Positions 11,024 to 21,234 of a stretch of DNA of 64,000 bases are shown one piece after another. The stretch comes from an uncultured Planctomycetota bacterium (lineage in GTDB: Bacteria; Planctomycetota; Planctomycetia; Isosphaerales; Isosphaeraceae), in assembly GCA_963823665.1 (NCBI GenBank), contig CAWGMQ010000011.1, positions 704,001-768,000 on the forward strand. Reading direction: 5' to 3'. Numbering within the stretch: the stretch's first letter is position 1; every line of letters begins with the position of its first letter. Made by a program: the position numbers and the translations under genes. The notes beneath the pieces were generated by a model. That model did no database searches and was not told the DNA's origin. It worked only from the letters and a program-made list of their open reading frames with translations.

Positions 11024-11644
11024 TCAGCGGGGCAATCGGCCTTCCAACCGCTCGTGGAGCTTGAGCCGGGCCGACCGCCAGCGATACCTCACGACTCGCT
11101 CGGTGACGCCCAGCAGGGTGGCCGCCTCGGCATGGGGCAGGCCTTGATACCACAGGAGATCAAAGATCTCCTTCTCATCGCCGGGCAGTGCCTCGATCTG
11201 GTCGTGGAACTCGGTCCAGTCCGCCAGCCGGGCGGGGTCGTCGGTGTCGGTGCCCGGGTCAGCCGGGACAGGCGGGTGCCCCGCCTCATCCCGTCTGCTC
11301 GCGCGGGCCTGACGGCGACCCAGGCCCTCCGGGCCGTCGTAATGCCGCGCCAGATCGATCAGCTCCCGGCGGATCTGCAACGCGGCCAGGTTGATGAAGC
11401 TGCGCACCGACGCGGGCTTGACCTCCTCGAGCGATCGGCAGAGCCGCAGCGCGGCGTTTTGCACCACGTCGTCGGTCTGCTCCCAGCGCCGGACGCCGGG
11501 GTAACTCCGGAGCATCTTGCGGGCCAGCCGGCTGAGCCGGTCGCAGGCGATCATCAAGAGCTCGTCCCGCGCCGTCGCGTCGCCAGCCCGCAGGCGGTCG
11601 AGCCGGAGCTGGATCTGGGTCGACGAGTGTGATGCATCGTCCAT
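11024..11644 (-). CDS. ECF sigma factor directly upstream of the kinase
   Basis: TDDVVQNAALRL (region 2); LPGDEKEIFDLLWYQGLPHAEAATLLGVTERVV (region 4). Confidence 0.9.
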   Translation of the reverse strand: MDDASHSSTQIQLRLDRLRAGDATARDELLMIACDRLSRLARKMLRSYPGVRRWEQTDDVVQNAALRLCRSLEEVKPASVRSFINLAALQIRRELIDLARHYDGPEGLGRRQARASRRDEAGHPPVPADPGTDTDDPARLADWTEFHDQIEALPGDEKEIFDLLWYQGLPHAEAATLLGVTERVVRYRWRSARLKLHERLEGRLPR

Positions 11645-11995
11645 GGAAGCAGTCCGTCTATCGGGCGATTGCCGCCTGAGGAGCTCCGCCCGCGCGCTCG
11701 ATATGGCGAGATCAATGCTTCCACTCTATGCGCGCCGGTGAAAAAAAACACGCGGATTCTCGAACTGCCGTCGTCGCTGATCACGGCGGCTTCCGCTCTC
11801 CTAGGGTAGAAACTCGTTGCGGGTCGAGGGGACTCGGGCCCGCGAGCAATCAGTCGGTCGGAGCCCCGCGCCTCGCGGTGGCCTCGCCATCGTACCTGGC
11901 GAAGGTGGAATGCAAGGCCACATCGCGGGGTGATAGCCTCGGCGCGTCGCGGTGACCGCCGGGTGGGATCGCAGTCCACCTTTCGGAGGAACACA

Positions 11996-12855
11996 ATGAA
12001 TTCTCTCTTTTCGCGCAGTTTTGCCTGTGCGGTCGTTTTGATGGCACTTGGTGCGACGAATCAGGCCCGCGCCGGCGGACTTCTGAGCGTTTCCGATGCC
12101 TCGGAAATGATTCAGTCAACCGCTACGGACAACGACGTGGCGTTACTCACCTCGTTGTTCGGGTATCAACCGCAAACTTTCAGTTACAGCTCGACGTCTA
12201 CGCCAACTGCGTGGGCGGGGCGCTTTCGGGCACGTACCTTGGGTCAGGTCTCAACGTCGCGTATTTGGGTGATCTTTCCAGCTACTTGTCCACGGGCGTG
12301 GTGACGTGGACGAGCGCAGGCACTTACGGGACCCAGAGCTGGAGCGGCTCCGGCAGCGCCACGATCGCAGATTCCTCGGCAACGACGTTTACGGTGACCC
12401 TTACGGAGTCCCTTGCCATCGGTACCAGCACGGCTTCGATGAACTATGTCATCCCCGGCACGGTGCTCGCGAACGGAACGGAAATGTTCGGGAGCCAGCA
12501 GAATCAAGAGGCTGGAACGGGAACAGTGACCCTGAACGGCGTCGCATTCCTGAACATACTAGCTGACTCATGGTATAAGACTGGAAAGTGGCTTCCCGAT
12601 ATACCCTCTGATTACTATGATTCCAAGGGGGTCCCTCAGTACTACCCTCCTTTCGTCGGCGGAGACAACTACTTCAAGGCGTCGCCGGCTCCGCCTCCTT
12701 CCAACGGTTCTTTTAGCCTGACGGGCGTTATTACCGTTAACTCCGTTCCGGAGCCCTCCGGTTCCCTCTTGCTGAGCTTCGGCCTTTTCGGAGTGCTGGG
12801 CTTCTTGCATATCGGCACGAAAAGGATCAATCGGGGGTCAGTAAAGGGGTATTGA
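11996..12855 (+). CDS. secreted Ser/Thr-rich PEP-CTERM protein; frameshift near 12225
   Basis: SD GGAGG; signal peptide ending QARA; C-terminal VPEPSGSLLLSFGLFGVLGFLHIGTKR. Confidence 0.8.
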
Positions 12856-12861
12856 GCACTT

Positions 12862-13010
12862 TTAGTGGCCGGAATTGATCGTGTAATTCCACTCGCCGTG
12901 GAATTTAGCACGTTTGATGCGGAGATGCGCGAGTTCTTCGTCGCTGACCGTGACGCCGGTATCGTATTCGTTGGAGTCAATGGCTGCTCGGACGACGAGG
13001 CCAGTCTTGG
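12862..13010 (-). mobile_element. 3' remnant of an ISAzo13-family transposase
   Basis: manual translation SKTGLVVRAAIDSNEYDTGVTVSDEELAHLRIKRAKFHGEWNYTINSGH*; FHGEWNYTI is the typical ISAzo13 C-terminus. Confidence 0.75.
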
Positions 13011-13554
13011 ATGTGGACTGGGACCTCGACACAGCGTTTACCGTGCGGGGCAGCCCGCGAGGTTGGCCACGTGGTGGACGCCCGGGCGCACGGCGAATTC
13101 TCGCAGGCGCACGGCTGGCGGCGAAGAAACGGCCGAATGGGTGAGCGCCTCAGTGTGATCGACGGGAGTTACCTGAATCGCCGGTGGTTGTCGAGAATGC
13201 GATGCGTGTCCTTGTTCTTCACCGTGACCCCTTTCTTTCATTCGTGGGATTCGTCAGATTCGTGGTACCTCTTCCCCGCTCCGGGCCACCCAACACGACG
13301 ATCCGACAGAGTCGCACGCTTCGATTGCCCGGACTAAGACGCAATAAGAGGCCCTGACAAGTACTTCCCGCACACCTCGCCGACGATTTCTCGGAACTCC
13401 CGTACGGCTGGCTGAACGTCGCGTGTGACCGCAGGTCGCCTACGGCACTGAATCCGGACACCCACCCTTTTTGTCGCGGCCCCGCATCCATGCATTCGCG
13501 GTACGCAAGTTCGGTACAAAACCACGGCCTCTGGTCAAGTCGAACACGCAGAAG

Positions 13555-13598
13555 GCCAGTGCCCGACGCTCGGCAAAAGGCGGGTGTCTGACATCCCC
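13555..13598. repeat. dispersed repeat copy 3
   Basis: gccagtgcccgacgctcggcaaaaggcgggtgtctgacatcccc; a partial inverted mate gacacccacccttttt lies near 13457. Confidence 0.75.
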
Positions 13599-13779
13599 GA
13601 TCGTAGTTGAAATGTGAGCCAGCTCCCCACCGACATTTTCACGCCGCGCCGGGTTGATATCCAGTCCCCGGCTCTCGGATCGACGGAGGAACGATCCACG
13701 CCGTCCGACGACATCCCGCGTCGCGGATGCAAAGGCATGGCGGACCTGCGATAATCGCCCGGACGGTACGCGATTCCCG

Positions 13780-13872
13780 GGGCGTCGCGGAAAAGGTGTC
13801 AGGAACCGTTTGTGCGAAGCACCCCACGGGCCGTCCCGGCAAACGGTTCCTGACACCTTTTCCGCGACGCCC
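13780..13872. repeat. perfect 33-bp inverted repeat with 27-nt spacer (MITE/REP-like)
   Basis: gggcgtcgcggaaaaggtgtcaggaaccgtttg (13780-13812) and its exact reverse complement (13840-13872). Confidence 0.9.
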
Positions 13873-13901
13873 GATCGACCGACCATGATCGGAGCCACGC
13901 C

Positions 13902-16900
13902 ATGACCGCCGCCGCCGACCGCCATCTCCTCTTCGGACTGCTGGCCCTGCAGACCGGCTTCATCCAACAGGCGCAGCTCGTGGCCGCGTTCCATGCCTGG
14001 AGCTGCGACAAGTCGCGGACCCTGGCCGAGCACCTGATCGCGCTGGGGCATCTCAATCCCGCCCGGCGCGCCGCCGTCGAGGCCCTGGCCGCCTTGCACG
14101 TGGAGGCGCAGGGCGGCGACGTGGAGAAGAGCCTGGCGGCCGTCCCCGCCAACCACTCCACCCGCGCCAGCCTGGCGGCGCTGGGCGAGCCCGAGATCGA
14201 GGCGACGCTCGCCCGGGTCACACGGGACAACCATGGCCAGGCCACCGATCGGGACGATGACCTCGACCGCACTTCGACCCTGGCGGTCGGCGGGTCCAGC
14301 GGCGATGGCCGGCGGTTCCGCTTGCTCCGGCCTCATGCGCGCGGCGGGCTGGGCGAGGTGTTCGTCGCCCTGGATGCCGAGCTGCACCGCGAGGTGGCGC
14401 TCAAGCAGATCCTGGAGAAGCACGCCGACGACCCGGTCAGCCGCCAGCGGTTCGTCGCCGAGGCCGAGATCACCGGGGGACTGGAGCACCCGGGCATCGT
14501 GCCGGTCTATGGCCTGGGCACCTACGGCGGCGGGCGGCCCTATTACGCCATGCGGTTCATCAAGGGGGACAGCCTCAAGGAGGCGATCGACGCGTTCCAC
14601 GGTAGCGCGGGCCATGCCCACCGGGGGCACTCCGACGGTCACGCGGCGGTGGGCAAAGCCCACCCGACGGGGACCGGCACGCGCGCGCTGGAATTGCGCA
14701 AGCTGCTCCGCCGCTTCCTCGATGTCTGCAACGCCATCGATTACGCCCACTCCCGCGGCGTGATCCATCGGGATTTGAAGCCGGCCAACATCATCCTGGG
14801 CCGGCACGGCGAGACGCTGGTGGTCGACTGGGGGCTGGCCAAGGCCGTGGGCCGGGCCGACCCGTCGGTCGGCGAGCAGACCATCGCCCCGTCGTCGAGC
14901 GGGTCGTCGGAGACCATGCCCGGCAGTGCCATGGGCACGCCGGCCTACATGAGCCCCGAGCAGTCCTGTGGCGATCTCGACCGGCTGGGTCCTCGTTCCG
15001 ACGTCTACTCGCTGGGTGCCACCCTGTACTGTCTGTTGACCGGCAGGCCGCCATTCGAGGGCGAGGACATCGGCGAGATCCTCCGCAAGGTGCAGGCCGG
15101 CGACTTCCGCGCACCGCGGGAGGTCGATCCCGCACTGGACAAGGCCCTCGACGCCATCTGCCGGACGGCGATGGCGACGAAGCCGCCCGATCGCTACGCC
15201 GGTGGCAAAGCGCTGGCCGAGGACGTCGAGCGGTGGATGGCCGACGAGCCGGTGACGGCCTATCCCGAGCCCTGGACCCGGACTTTGGTCCGCTGGCTGA
15301 CGCGGCACCGGACCGGGGTGACCGGCGTCGCGGCGGCGGTGCTGGCCGGCGTGGTCGGGCTGGTCACCGTGCTCGCGGTGCAATCGACGGCCAACGCCCG
15401 GCTCTCGGCCGCCCTGGCCAGCGAACGGAAGGCCAAAAACGACCTGGCGGCGGCCAACAGCGAGCTGAGCCGCTCGCGCGCCGCGGTGCAGGCTCGCTAC
15501 GACCTGGTGGTCGACGCGATCAAGACGTTCCACACCGGCGTCAGCGAGGACTTCCTGCTCAAGCAGGACCAGTTCAAGGAGCTGCGCGACCGGCTATTGA
15601 GATCGGCGGCGGACTTCTACGGCAAGCTGGGCGCGCTGCTGGGCCAGGAGACGGACGCGGCCGCGCGGCGGGCGCTGGCGCAATCGAACTTCGAGCTGGC
15701 CGAGCTGACGGCCAAGGTCGGCGACGAAGGGGCGGCGCTGGCGGCGCACCGGTCGGTGCTGGCGGCGCGGGAGGCGCTGGCGGCGGAGCCCGGGGCCGAG
15801 GCCGGGCTCGCGGTCGACGTCGTCCGGAGCCTCACCGCCGTGGCGGGGCTGCTGGGGACCGAGGAGGCGCTGGCGGCCTATCGGCGGTCGGAGTCGCTGC
15901 TGGCGGGCCTGACGGGTTCGGATCCGGCGGCGCGAGCCGCGCTGGCGGCCAGCCGGACGTCGCTCGGATGGTTCCTGTGGGGGATGGGACGGCAGGCCGA
16001 GGCGCTGGCGGTCTTCAAGCTGGCGCGGGCCGACCTGGAGGCGCTGGCCGCCGCCTCCGGGGCCTCGAACGACGCCCGGCGCGACCTGGGAGGCACGATC
16101 GTTGGCATCGGCTCCCTACTGTGGCAAACAGGCAAGCCGGCGGAGGCCCAGGCCGAATACCGCACGGCGCTGGCGCTGCTCCAGAAGCTGGCCGATGACA
16201 ACCCCGCCGTCACCGACTTCCGCAACGTGCTGGCCGGCAACCACAACTCCCTCGGCTTCCTGCTTGGGAATACGGGCAAGCTGGCGGAGGCGGAGGCCGA
16301 ATACCGCGCGGCGGTGGCGCTGCTCCAGAAGCTGGCCGACGACTACCCCGCCGTCACCGAATTCCGCAGGCGCGCGGCGGTCTGCCACAACAACCTCGGC
16401 ATCCTGCTTGGGAATACGGGCAAGCCGGCGGAGGGGGAGGCCGAGCACCGCAAGGCGCTGGCGATCTACCAGAAGCTGGCCGACGACAACCCCACCGCCA
16501 CCGGATATCGCGACTCCCTGGCGAACAGCCACAGGGAGCTCGGTCGACTGCTCGCCCGGGAGAAGCGATTCCCCGAGGCGTTCACCGCTCTGGAGACCGG
16601 CCTGGCCCTTTGTCAGAAGCTGGTCGACGCCGATCCCAAGCACAACTGGTACGCAACGGCTCTCGGCGAGAGTTACGCCTTCCGCGGCGGGGCCCGAGTC
16701 CGTGCCGGTCAACCCGCCGACGCCGCCGCCGACCTGCGGCGGTGCGTCGAGGTGTGGGCCGGGGTACCGAAGCTGCCGATCGATGCGAGGTTCGAGCGGG
16801 TCCGGGTGCTGGCGCTCTTGGCCGGGCTGGGTAAGGACCCGAAGTCCGGCGTGACCGCCGCCGAGGCCGCCAGCTTCGCCGACCGGTCGGTCGCCGACCT

Positions 16901-17045
16901 CCGCGACGCCATCAACGCCGGCTGGGCGGTACGCCAGGAGTTGAAGGCGGAGGAATTCGACCCGCTCCGCGGCCGGGAGGACTTCAAGAAGCTGGTGGCG
17001 GAGCTGGAGGCCAAGTCGCGGCCGGAAGCCAAGCCAAAAGACTGA
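13902..17045 (+). CDS. Ser/Thr protein kinase - TM - TPR repeats
   Basis: DRHLLFGLLALQ N-terminus, ARGGLG, HRDLKPAN, DWGLAK, GTPAYMSPE; TM; 49-aa TPRs; FDPLRGREDFKKL. Confidence 0.95.
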   Translation: MTAAADRHLLFGLLALQTGFIQQAQLVAAFHAWSCDKSRTLAEHLIALGHLNPARRAAVEALAALHVEAQGGDVEKSLAAVPANHSTRASLAALGEPEIEATLARVTRDNHGQATDRDDDLDRTSTLAVGGSSGDGRRFRLLRPHARGGLGEVFVALDAELHREVALKQILEKHADDPVSRQRFVAEAEITGGLEHPGIVPVYGLGTYGGGRPYYAMRFIKGDSLKEAIDAFHGSAGHAHRGHSDGHAAVGKAHPTGTGTRALELRKLLRRFLDVCNAIDYAHSRGVIHRDLKPANIILGRHGETLVVDWGLAKAVGRADPSVGEQTIAPSSSGSSETMPGSAMGTPAYMSPEQSCGDLDRLGPRSDVYSLGATLYCLLTGRPPFEGEDIGEILRKVQAGDFRAPREVDPALDKALDAICRTAMATKPPDRYAGGKALAEDVERWMADEPVTAYPEPWTRTLVRWLTRHRTGVTGVAAAVLAGVVGLVTVLAVQSTANARLSAALASERKAKNDLAAANSELSRSRAAVQARYDLVVDAIKTFHTGVSEDFLLKQDQFKELRDRLLRSAADFYGKLGALLGQETDAAARRALAQSNFELAELTAKVGDEGAALAAHRSVLAAREALAAEPGAEAGLAVDVVRSLTAVAGLLGTEEALAAYRRSESLLAGLTGSDPAARAALAASRTSLGWFLWGMGRQAEALAVFKLARADLEALAAASGASNDARRDLGGTIVGIGSLLWQTGKPAEAQAEYRTALALLQKLADDNPAVTDFRNVLAGNHNSLGFLLGNTGKLAEAEAEYRAAVALLQKLADDYPAVTEFRRRAAVCHNNLGILLGNTGKPAEGEAEHRKALAIYQKLADDNPTATGYRDSLANSHRELGRLLAREKRFPEAFTALETGLALCQKLVDADPKHNWYATALGESYAFRGGARVRAGQPADAAADLRRCVEVWAGVPKLPIDARFERVRVLALLAGLGKDPKSGVTAAEAASFADRSVADLRDAINAGWAVRQELKAEEFDPLRGREDFKKLVAELEAKSRPEAKPKD
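14602..14668. repeat. REP-doublet-like palindrome in frame inside the kinase domain
   Basis: gtagcgcgggccatgcccacc ... ggtgggcaaagcccacccgac, inverted 16/21. Confidence 0.6.
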
Positions 17046-17100
17046 TCGCCCCTCACGCGGCGACTTCAGGCCCACGATCGGGCGAGGGTCCGGGCGCATC

Positions 17101-17225
17101 GGGACGGAAACCGGGACGCAGCTAGTATTGACACCGGGGGACGGAAACGGGGGTGCGCCGTGTAGAAGGTGTTGGTCTTCAGTGGGTGTAACTCCCCGGC
17201 AACTGGACGGAAACGGGGACGCGAT
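17101..17225. repeat. three copies of ggacggaaacSggg(acgc), REP-like
   Basis: copies near 17102, 17139 and 17205 in the intergenic region after the kinase. Confidence 0.55.
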
Positions 17226-17714
17226 TCATTGTTGTCCGCAGTCAACCGCCTGCTGCGCTGAAAACTCGGTGCGTCCGGGCTTCGTTCCATTTGACGTACG
17301 TTCCCGCTTAATCGCGCGACTCGCCCGACGGATTGCGCCGGGGCGTCAGGTCCGCTTTGGGTCATCAAAGTACAAAAGTCCCGGTGGCACAGCGGCGCAG
17401 CATTCGACCAAAACTGACGCTGCCCGTCAGATCGAATGCCTGCCAGGACAGCTCCTTACCCTAGATTTACCTTTTCGAGGGGTTGGGCATTAATAGCCAT
17501 GCCCGGCGCGAAAACCGACGGTCGCGAGCAACCGCATGAACCACGCGTCACCCACGGTACGCGCCGTGTTCTCTTCCGCGCTCGTCGATCACATTCTTCC
17601 CGATGCGGGCTTGTACACCGCGCCATCGACCAACCGCGCATCGCATACCGCACTCACCCCGCCATTTCTCAGAACCCCGTTCCCACGCTCCCGCGTCGGA
17701 ACGACGCGCATGGC

Positions 17715-17966
17715 TCAAAACCCGTCCCCGGAATCATTCCTCTCGTCGCCGCTTCCGGACCCCGAGCCCCGCTGGATATTCTTGAAGAACCGCTCCATCA
17801 CGAACCCCAGCCCCGCCCCGACGCACACCCCGCCCAGCAACATCAAGAGCGGATGAAACCCGTACGGCCGCCCCACGGCGAACACAAACATGATGCCCAG
17901 AAACAGGCCCGAGTAATAGACGAGGTCATTGACCGTATAACCTGACCCGCCTTTGAGCCAATTCAT
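17715..17966 (-). CDS. small two-TM membrane protein
   Basis: MNWLKGGSGYTVNDLVYYSGLFLGIMFVFAV...; follows the operon in the same direction. Confidence 0.65.
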   Translation of the reverse strand: MNWLKGGSGYTVNDLVYYSGLFLGIMFVFAVGRPYGFHPLLMLLGGVCVGAGLGFVMERFFKNIQRGSGSGSGDERNDSGDGF

Positions 17967-17998
17967 GGCATTTGTCCCTGTGTCGTGCTCAGTGCGAT

Positions 17999-18859
17999 TC
18001 AGAGCAGATTGCTCGCCAGCAACCCTCGCACCGTATCCAGGAAGAAGAACTTGACGATGCCGTCGATCAGGAGAAAACCCAGACCGGCCGACCACCTCGC
18101 CACCCGCCGCCGGCGGTTGCTCAGGCGCATGCCAGTAACGTGCTCGAACGACAAGCTCGCGATCTCGTAGGTCAAGAACAGATAACCGATGCCTCGACAA
18201 ACCGACCACGGATGCCACCCGAGCGCGACCGCCAGCCACGGGTTCTGCGAGTGCGTGATCAGTTGCCCGACGTAGAAGTTCATCAGGTCAACTTCATACG
18301 AGCCCTGGCAAAGCGTCACCAGCCCGAGTGAAGAATAGGTGAAGACGATCATCGAGGCCAGAAGCTGAAAATGCGCCGGCACCCACCAGCGCAGATCGTA
18401 CTCGGGACTGAACCCCGTCACGATCCACTCATGGCTCTGGCGCCAGTAAGCTTCGCCTCCCAGCATGATCTTCGCCATCCCGTCGGGGTCGCGGGAGACC
18501 AGCGCGATCGCCACCGCGTTGTGCGCCAGGAACACGGCCGCCAGCATCCCGACCCCGCGAGCCACGGAATCCGAGGCAACCGCCGCCAGCAAGAGCACCG
18601 TCGCCATCACCGCCGTCGTCACCCAGGCCGTCGGCCATTGCAGAAAATAATCGACCAGCACCGGGAGGCCCCCGACCGCTGCTCCCAGCACGATCCAGAC
18701 AGGGACCGGTCCCAGCCGGCTACCCAGCCGCTCCACGGATCGAAAGACCGGGCTCGCGACCCACGCGGGGAATCGCCACACCCCGAACCAGGCCGGCCTG
18801 CGGGCTCCGGCCTGTACGGGTGATAAAATCGAGATCGACACGGACGCATCACTCCTCAA
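17999..18859 (-). CDS. multi-pass membrane protein of unknown function
   Basis: about 7 hydrophobic segments; part of the ABC operon; start uncertain. Confidence 0.7.
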   Translation of the reverse strand: MRSDASVSISILSPVQAGARRPAWFGVWRFPAWVASPVFRSVERLGSRLGPVPVWIVLGAAVGGLPVLVDYFLQWPTAWVTTAVMATVLLLAAVASDSVARGVGMLAAVFLAHNAVAIALVSRDPDGMAKIMLGGEAYWRQSHEWIVTGFSPEYDLRWWVPAHFQLLASMIVFTYSSLGLVTLCQGSYEVDLMNFYVGQLITHSQNPWLAVALGWHPWSVCRGIGYLFLTYEIASLSFEHVTGMRLSNRRRRVARWSAGLGFLLIDGIVKFFFLDTVRGLLASNLL

Positions 18860-18868
18860 GACCAGCCG

Positions 18869-18994
18869 TTAGCGCCGAGGAATCGGAATCAAGAAGATGC
18901 CCGTCGTGCTATACAGGATCAAATTCCCAACCCCGAAGATCAGAATGAAGATGACCCAGCCCGCGATTCCGCTGCTCTGTTGTTGGTCACTCAT
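18869..18994 (-). CDS. 41-aa membrane peptide (below the ORF track cutoff)
   Basis: MSDQQQSSGIAGWVIFILIFGVGNLILYSTTGIFLIPIPRR*; strong SD GAGGAG; fills the operon gap. Confidence 0.7.
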   Translation of the reverse strand: MSDQQQSSGIAGWVIFILIFGVGNLILYSTTGIFLIPIPRR

Positions 18995-19015
18995 CGCTCA
19001 CTCCTCTGAAAATGA

Positions 19016-19576
19016 TTACGACGTCGATGAAATTCGCCCCAAGACGTGATTGGCCTCCTCGACCAAGGCCCATTCTCCTCGCCGTCGGGCGCGTGCGGCA
19101 AGGAATCGACACAATGCAATCGCTTCGTCGCGAGCCTCCGGCCTCGCGTATGATAACAACTCCAGGGCTCGCCGTCGCTGCGCAAGATTCCCGGCCACGG
19201 CCGTGATCCGTAGCCGGCGCAAGATTTCATCAGGATCTCTCCACAAAACCCGAACCGCGGTCTGTCCCGTCGGGTCGATCGCCGGATCACTCATCCACGC
19301 GCCATAGACTGCTTCGCGTTCATCGGCGCTCAAACGATCGAGCGTTTCCGCATCCTCGGACCCGGAACGTAGCCCCCCTCGTTCAATCATCGCCATCAAT
19401 CTTGCAGACGGCTCAGGATACCGCTCGCGAACGTGGTATTCAAAGAAGCTGCTGCGGAAAAACAACGTCACCACCGCCAGGCCGATTGCACCGATGTAGG
19501 TCAAACCCAGAAGCGTAAGCTGCCCCCGGATCGAGCGAATGAAATCCCGGTTCACGAGCGCGAGCAAGTCCGTCAT
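19016..19576 (-). CDS. single-TM hypothetical protein
   Basis: MTDLLALVNRDF...; its ATG overlaps the permease stop (ATGA at 19573-19576). Confidence 0.65.
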   Translation of the reverse strand: MTDLLALVNRDFIRSIRGQLTLLGLTYIGAIGLAVVTLFFRSSFFEYHVRERYPEPSARLMAMIERGGLRSGSEDAETLDRLSADEREAVYGAWMSDPAIDPTGQTAVRVLWRDPDEILRRLRITAVAGNLAQRRRALELLSYARPEARDEAIALCRFLAARARRRGEWALVEEANHVLGRISSTS

Positions 19577-21217
19577 GCTTGCGACTCCATCAGTCGGGCC
19601 ATCCGCGCCGCCGCCAGTCGCCGCAGCGGCCAGTCGACGGCGACGCACAACCCGCCCGCAATCAGCCAGAAAAGTGGCGAGGCCGCAAACCGGCAGTGCA
19701 AGGCCACCGCCACCATTGCACCCGCAGAGAGTCCCGCCATCGGCAGCGCAAGTGGCCCGATCGAGCCCCCCAGCACAGGCCGGACACGAAAGCGGCGGCT
19801 CGCGCACGATCAACACGAGCGCGAGCAAACCCATCAGCCACGATAACCCGGCGGCCAGGAGCGCATGAAGCACCGCCGAGGTGACGTCACGCCACACGAG
19901 AACCGCCACGAACGCCCACAACAAGCAGAGCGGCACGGCAACCCTGAGCACCACCGCCTTGCAAACCCCAAGCGCCAGGCCCGCCGGCCGCTCCATCGGG
20001 GCGGTCAGCAGCACCCACGCCGCACCAAAGCTACGGCTGAACGACAGGTTGTACAGCATCGGAGGCACCGCGAGGGCGATCAGGTACACCGACAGCACCG
20101 GCAGCACAATAAGCCGCGTCTCGTCATTCCGCAATGGGTCAGCGAACTGGCCCGCCGCCAGCCCCACGATCACGATTGCCACCGCCATGTTCATCGGCAG
20201 CAGACACCGGATTGTCAGTTCCGAATCGCGCGCCAGCATGGTCTTGCCCAGCCAGTACCCCGCCCGCTCCTCCGATCCTCGGATCCAGAGCCGGCCCAGC
20301 GGCACCGCCAGCCCGCCCACTTGATCGGCACGCATCGGCCGACTCTTTACCCCGCGCGATGTTCCCTGCATTCCCTTATAAAGCCGCAGCAGCCGCCAGA
20401 GAGTCACCCCCACGGCCGCCCCGGTTATAGCCAGAAGCACCGGCCCCACCCCCAGCAGCCCGGGACCACTTGCGTCCGCCACGAACCGCGCCAGCCACGC
20501 CGGCGGCAAAAGATCCAGCCACCACGGCGGAAACGCGGCCCAAACCTCCAGCGCGTGCCCGCGATCCCGAAACATCAACTGAGCACCGTACCCGGCCACC
20601 AGGATGAGCACGATCTGAGTCCACGCCAGAAACTCCTTGAGCGACTTGAGACTCTGCGTGCTCGACCCCAGCGAGAGCACGACGATCACGACGGCGACCA
20701 CGACCGCATTACCCGCCAGTGCGGCAAGCAGATACGCCGGCGCATAATAAAGGCTCGCGTCGCGCAACCCCGCGCCCAGAATCATCGGAAACAAGTTGAG
20801 CGCCACGAACATCAAGACCAGGTAGAAAAGCAGGTTGGCAAACCTCGCCGCAACATAAGTGGCCGGCGTGACGGGCCTGGTCCCGATCAGCTCCAGGTCG
20901 CGCGGGTCGAGCACGATCTCCTGATACTCCACCACCACCGTCGCCGCCAGGACCAGCATCGACGTCGCCAACCCGGTGAGTGCGTAAAAGAAGCAATCCA
21001 CTCGCATGAAGAACACCACGCTGGTCACCGCCGAGACCGTCAGACACTGCCCCACCACCCAGAAGAGCGGTGTGATCCAGTGCGAGGGCTTGGTGGCCGT
21101 GGCTCTGGTATACGCCTGGTTCCGCAGGTCCATCACCAGCATGGCGCGTACGAGCGCAATGAACTTCGCGGGCTCGATCCCCAGTCGTTCCGCCAGCGAG
21201 TAGACGAATCTGGACAT
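19573..21217 (-). CDS. ABC-2-type permease; frameshift near 19770
   Basis: many TM helices; the true C-terminus continues in ORF 19573-19776; adjacent to the ATPase. Confidence 0.75.
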
Positions 21218-21234
21218 CGGCCGCGTTCCGCCGT

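Noticed and set aside
19016..21217. 733-aa permease fusion protein
   Set aside because: Artefact of a frameshift near 19770; two genes overlap at ATGA 19573-19576.
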